A stretch of 20,486 nt of DNA from assembly GCA_016926735.1 (NCBI GenBank), contig JAFGOA010000059.1, positions 1 through 20,486 on the forward strand, read 5' to 3'. The notes beneath the pieces are model-generated. The model searched no databases. It was not told where the DNA came from and worked only from the letters and a program-made list of their open reading frames with translations. Every line of letters begins with the position of its first letter. The stretch's first letter is position 1. Shown here in pieces: positions 16,476-20,486 of the stretch. A program made the translations under genes and the position numbers. The stretch is from Promethearchaeota archaeon. GTDB taxonomy: Archaea > Asgardarchaeota > Lokiarchaeia > Sigyniarchaeales > SOKP01.

Positions 16476-17555
16476 ATGGCTTTTAATTGGATTTCATTAC
16501 CAGTTATAATTTTATTTATTATAAATGCATCTAGCCATCTATATTATGGATTTTTACTAAATAGAAAATTTTCAAATGAACATAATATATGTAATACAAT
16601 TTTCACTTGTATTTTATGGATTATAGCAGGCTTATTATATCCTTTTTATTTTAATAATAACCAGAATACGTTATATTTTGAAATTATATCTGTGTGGTTT
16701 ATAACGATTATAACCCCAATCATTATTTTTGTGATACTTTTTTATCAATATCATTATGTTACAAAAAAAAAAGGGGATGTTAAAGAAAAAAGAAACATCG
16801 ATATGTTTATAAGAGAATTTGATAAGAAACATAGAGAGGAAAATAGTAAGAGTATATATTCTTTAAAAATAGATATTTACCGGAAATCACTTCATTTATT
16901 TCCTGCAATTTTTATTATTTTTTTATGGGTTTTTGCTATCTATATTTGGGAAGGTATATGGAATATTAATCTTATTTGGAATATCTCAGGATTTCAATTC
17001 GGAAGATTTTTAATTATTACATTAGGTTATTCTGGAATTTTATTATTTGCTACTTTAGATTATGTAAGATTATCATATATTTTTAAAAAAAGAAATATTT
17101 TTTATTTACTACCAGATAAAGTCTCTAATATGCTCCAAAAATCACTAAAAAGAAATGAAATATTTGAATTTACAAAACCAGTAGTATTAATTCTCTCTTT
17201 TACACCAATATTCTTTCTTCCTTTTGGTATATTTGCAGCTGCTTCATTAATAGGAACAATAGGGGATGGAATAGCATCAATATTTGGACTGAAATATGGA
17301 ACGAGACATTTTCCAAAAAACTCTGATAAAACTATTATTGGTTACATTGCAGGATCTATTGCATCCTTCGTTATCTCTTTCATTTGTGTAATCATTTTTT
17401 TTGATAATATATATATTTTCAAAATAATTTTAATAGCTGTTGGAGGAGCCCTTAGTTTTTTTGTAATCGATCTTTCAAATATAAATATTGACGATAATAT
17501 TTTAAATCCTCTATTATCAGGTGTTATAATGGGTTTATTATTTTTTTTCATATAA
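16476..17555 (+). CDS. CTP-dependent polyprenol/dolichol/phytol/diacylglycerol kinase family membrane protein
   Basis: RKSLHL, GDGIASIFGLKYG, KTIIGYIAG and IDDNILNP motifs among multiple TM helices. Confidence 0.85.
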   Translation: MAFNWISLPVIILFIINASSHLYYGFLLNRKFSNEHNICNTIFTCILWIIAGLLYPFYFNNNQNTLYFEIISVWFITIITPIIIFVILFYQYHYVTKKKGDVKEKRNIDMFIREFDKKHREENSKSIYSLKIDIYRKSLHLFPAIFIIFLWVFAIYIWEGIWNINLIWNISGFQFGRFLIITLGYSGILLFATLDYVRLSYIFKKRNIFYLLPDKVSNMLQKSLKRNEIFEFTKPVVLILSFTPIFFLPFGIFAAASLIGTIGDGIASIFGLKYGTRHFPKNSDKTIIGYIAGSIASFVISFICVIIFFDNIYIFKIILIAVGGALSFFVIDLSNINIDDNILNPLLSGVIMGLLFFFI

Positions 17556-17569
17556 AGAAAATATATAGT

Positions 17570-20479
<2,910 letters not shown>

Positions 20480-20486
20480 AAAAAAA

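Noticed and set aside
17342-17551. 69-aa - strand ORF
   Set aside because: Antisense to the kinase-family gene.

Overview
A very AT-rich archaeal chromosomal segment. Gene content (archaeal CdhB/CdhC, Alba, tetraether synthase, PolB1-type polymerase) and style suggest an Asgard archaeon (Lokiarchaeia-like), which is an inference. Left to right: an ArsR-type regulator fused to a degenerate papain-like (C39/BtrH-like) domain; a 1039-aa unknown protein with three gapless 148-aa tandem repeats; a nuclease-less N6-adenine methyltransferase-specificity fusion; alba; a CooT-like Ni protein divergent from cdhB-cdhC; a small acidic-tailed protein ending in an HbYX/YYX-like motif; an HeH-SWIM-OB protein coupled to pncB; a membrane-lipid neighbourhood (ICMT/PEMT-family methyltransferase, Tes/GDGT-MAS, a coupled 92-96 aa unknown, a polyprenol-kinase-family protein); and a 5'-truncated family B DNA polymerase running into a poly-T at the window end. 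No RNA genes, CRISPR arrays or mobile elements were seen. The best leads are the 3x148-aa repeat protein with its MTase and regulator neighbours, the Tes cluster with a natural Tyr-to-Phe change, the SWIM-OB/pncB pair and the candidate proteasome-binding protein. All family assignments are by eye; no searches were run.
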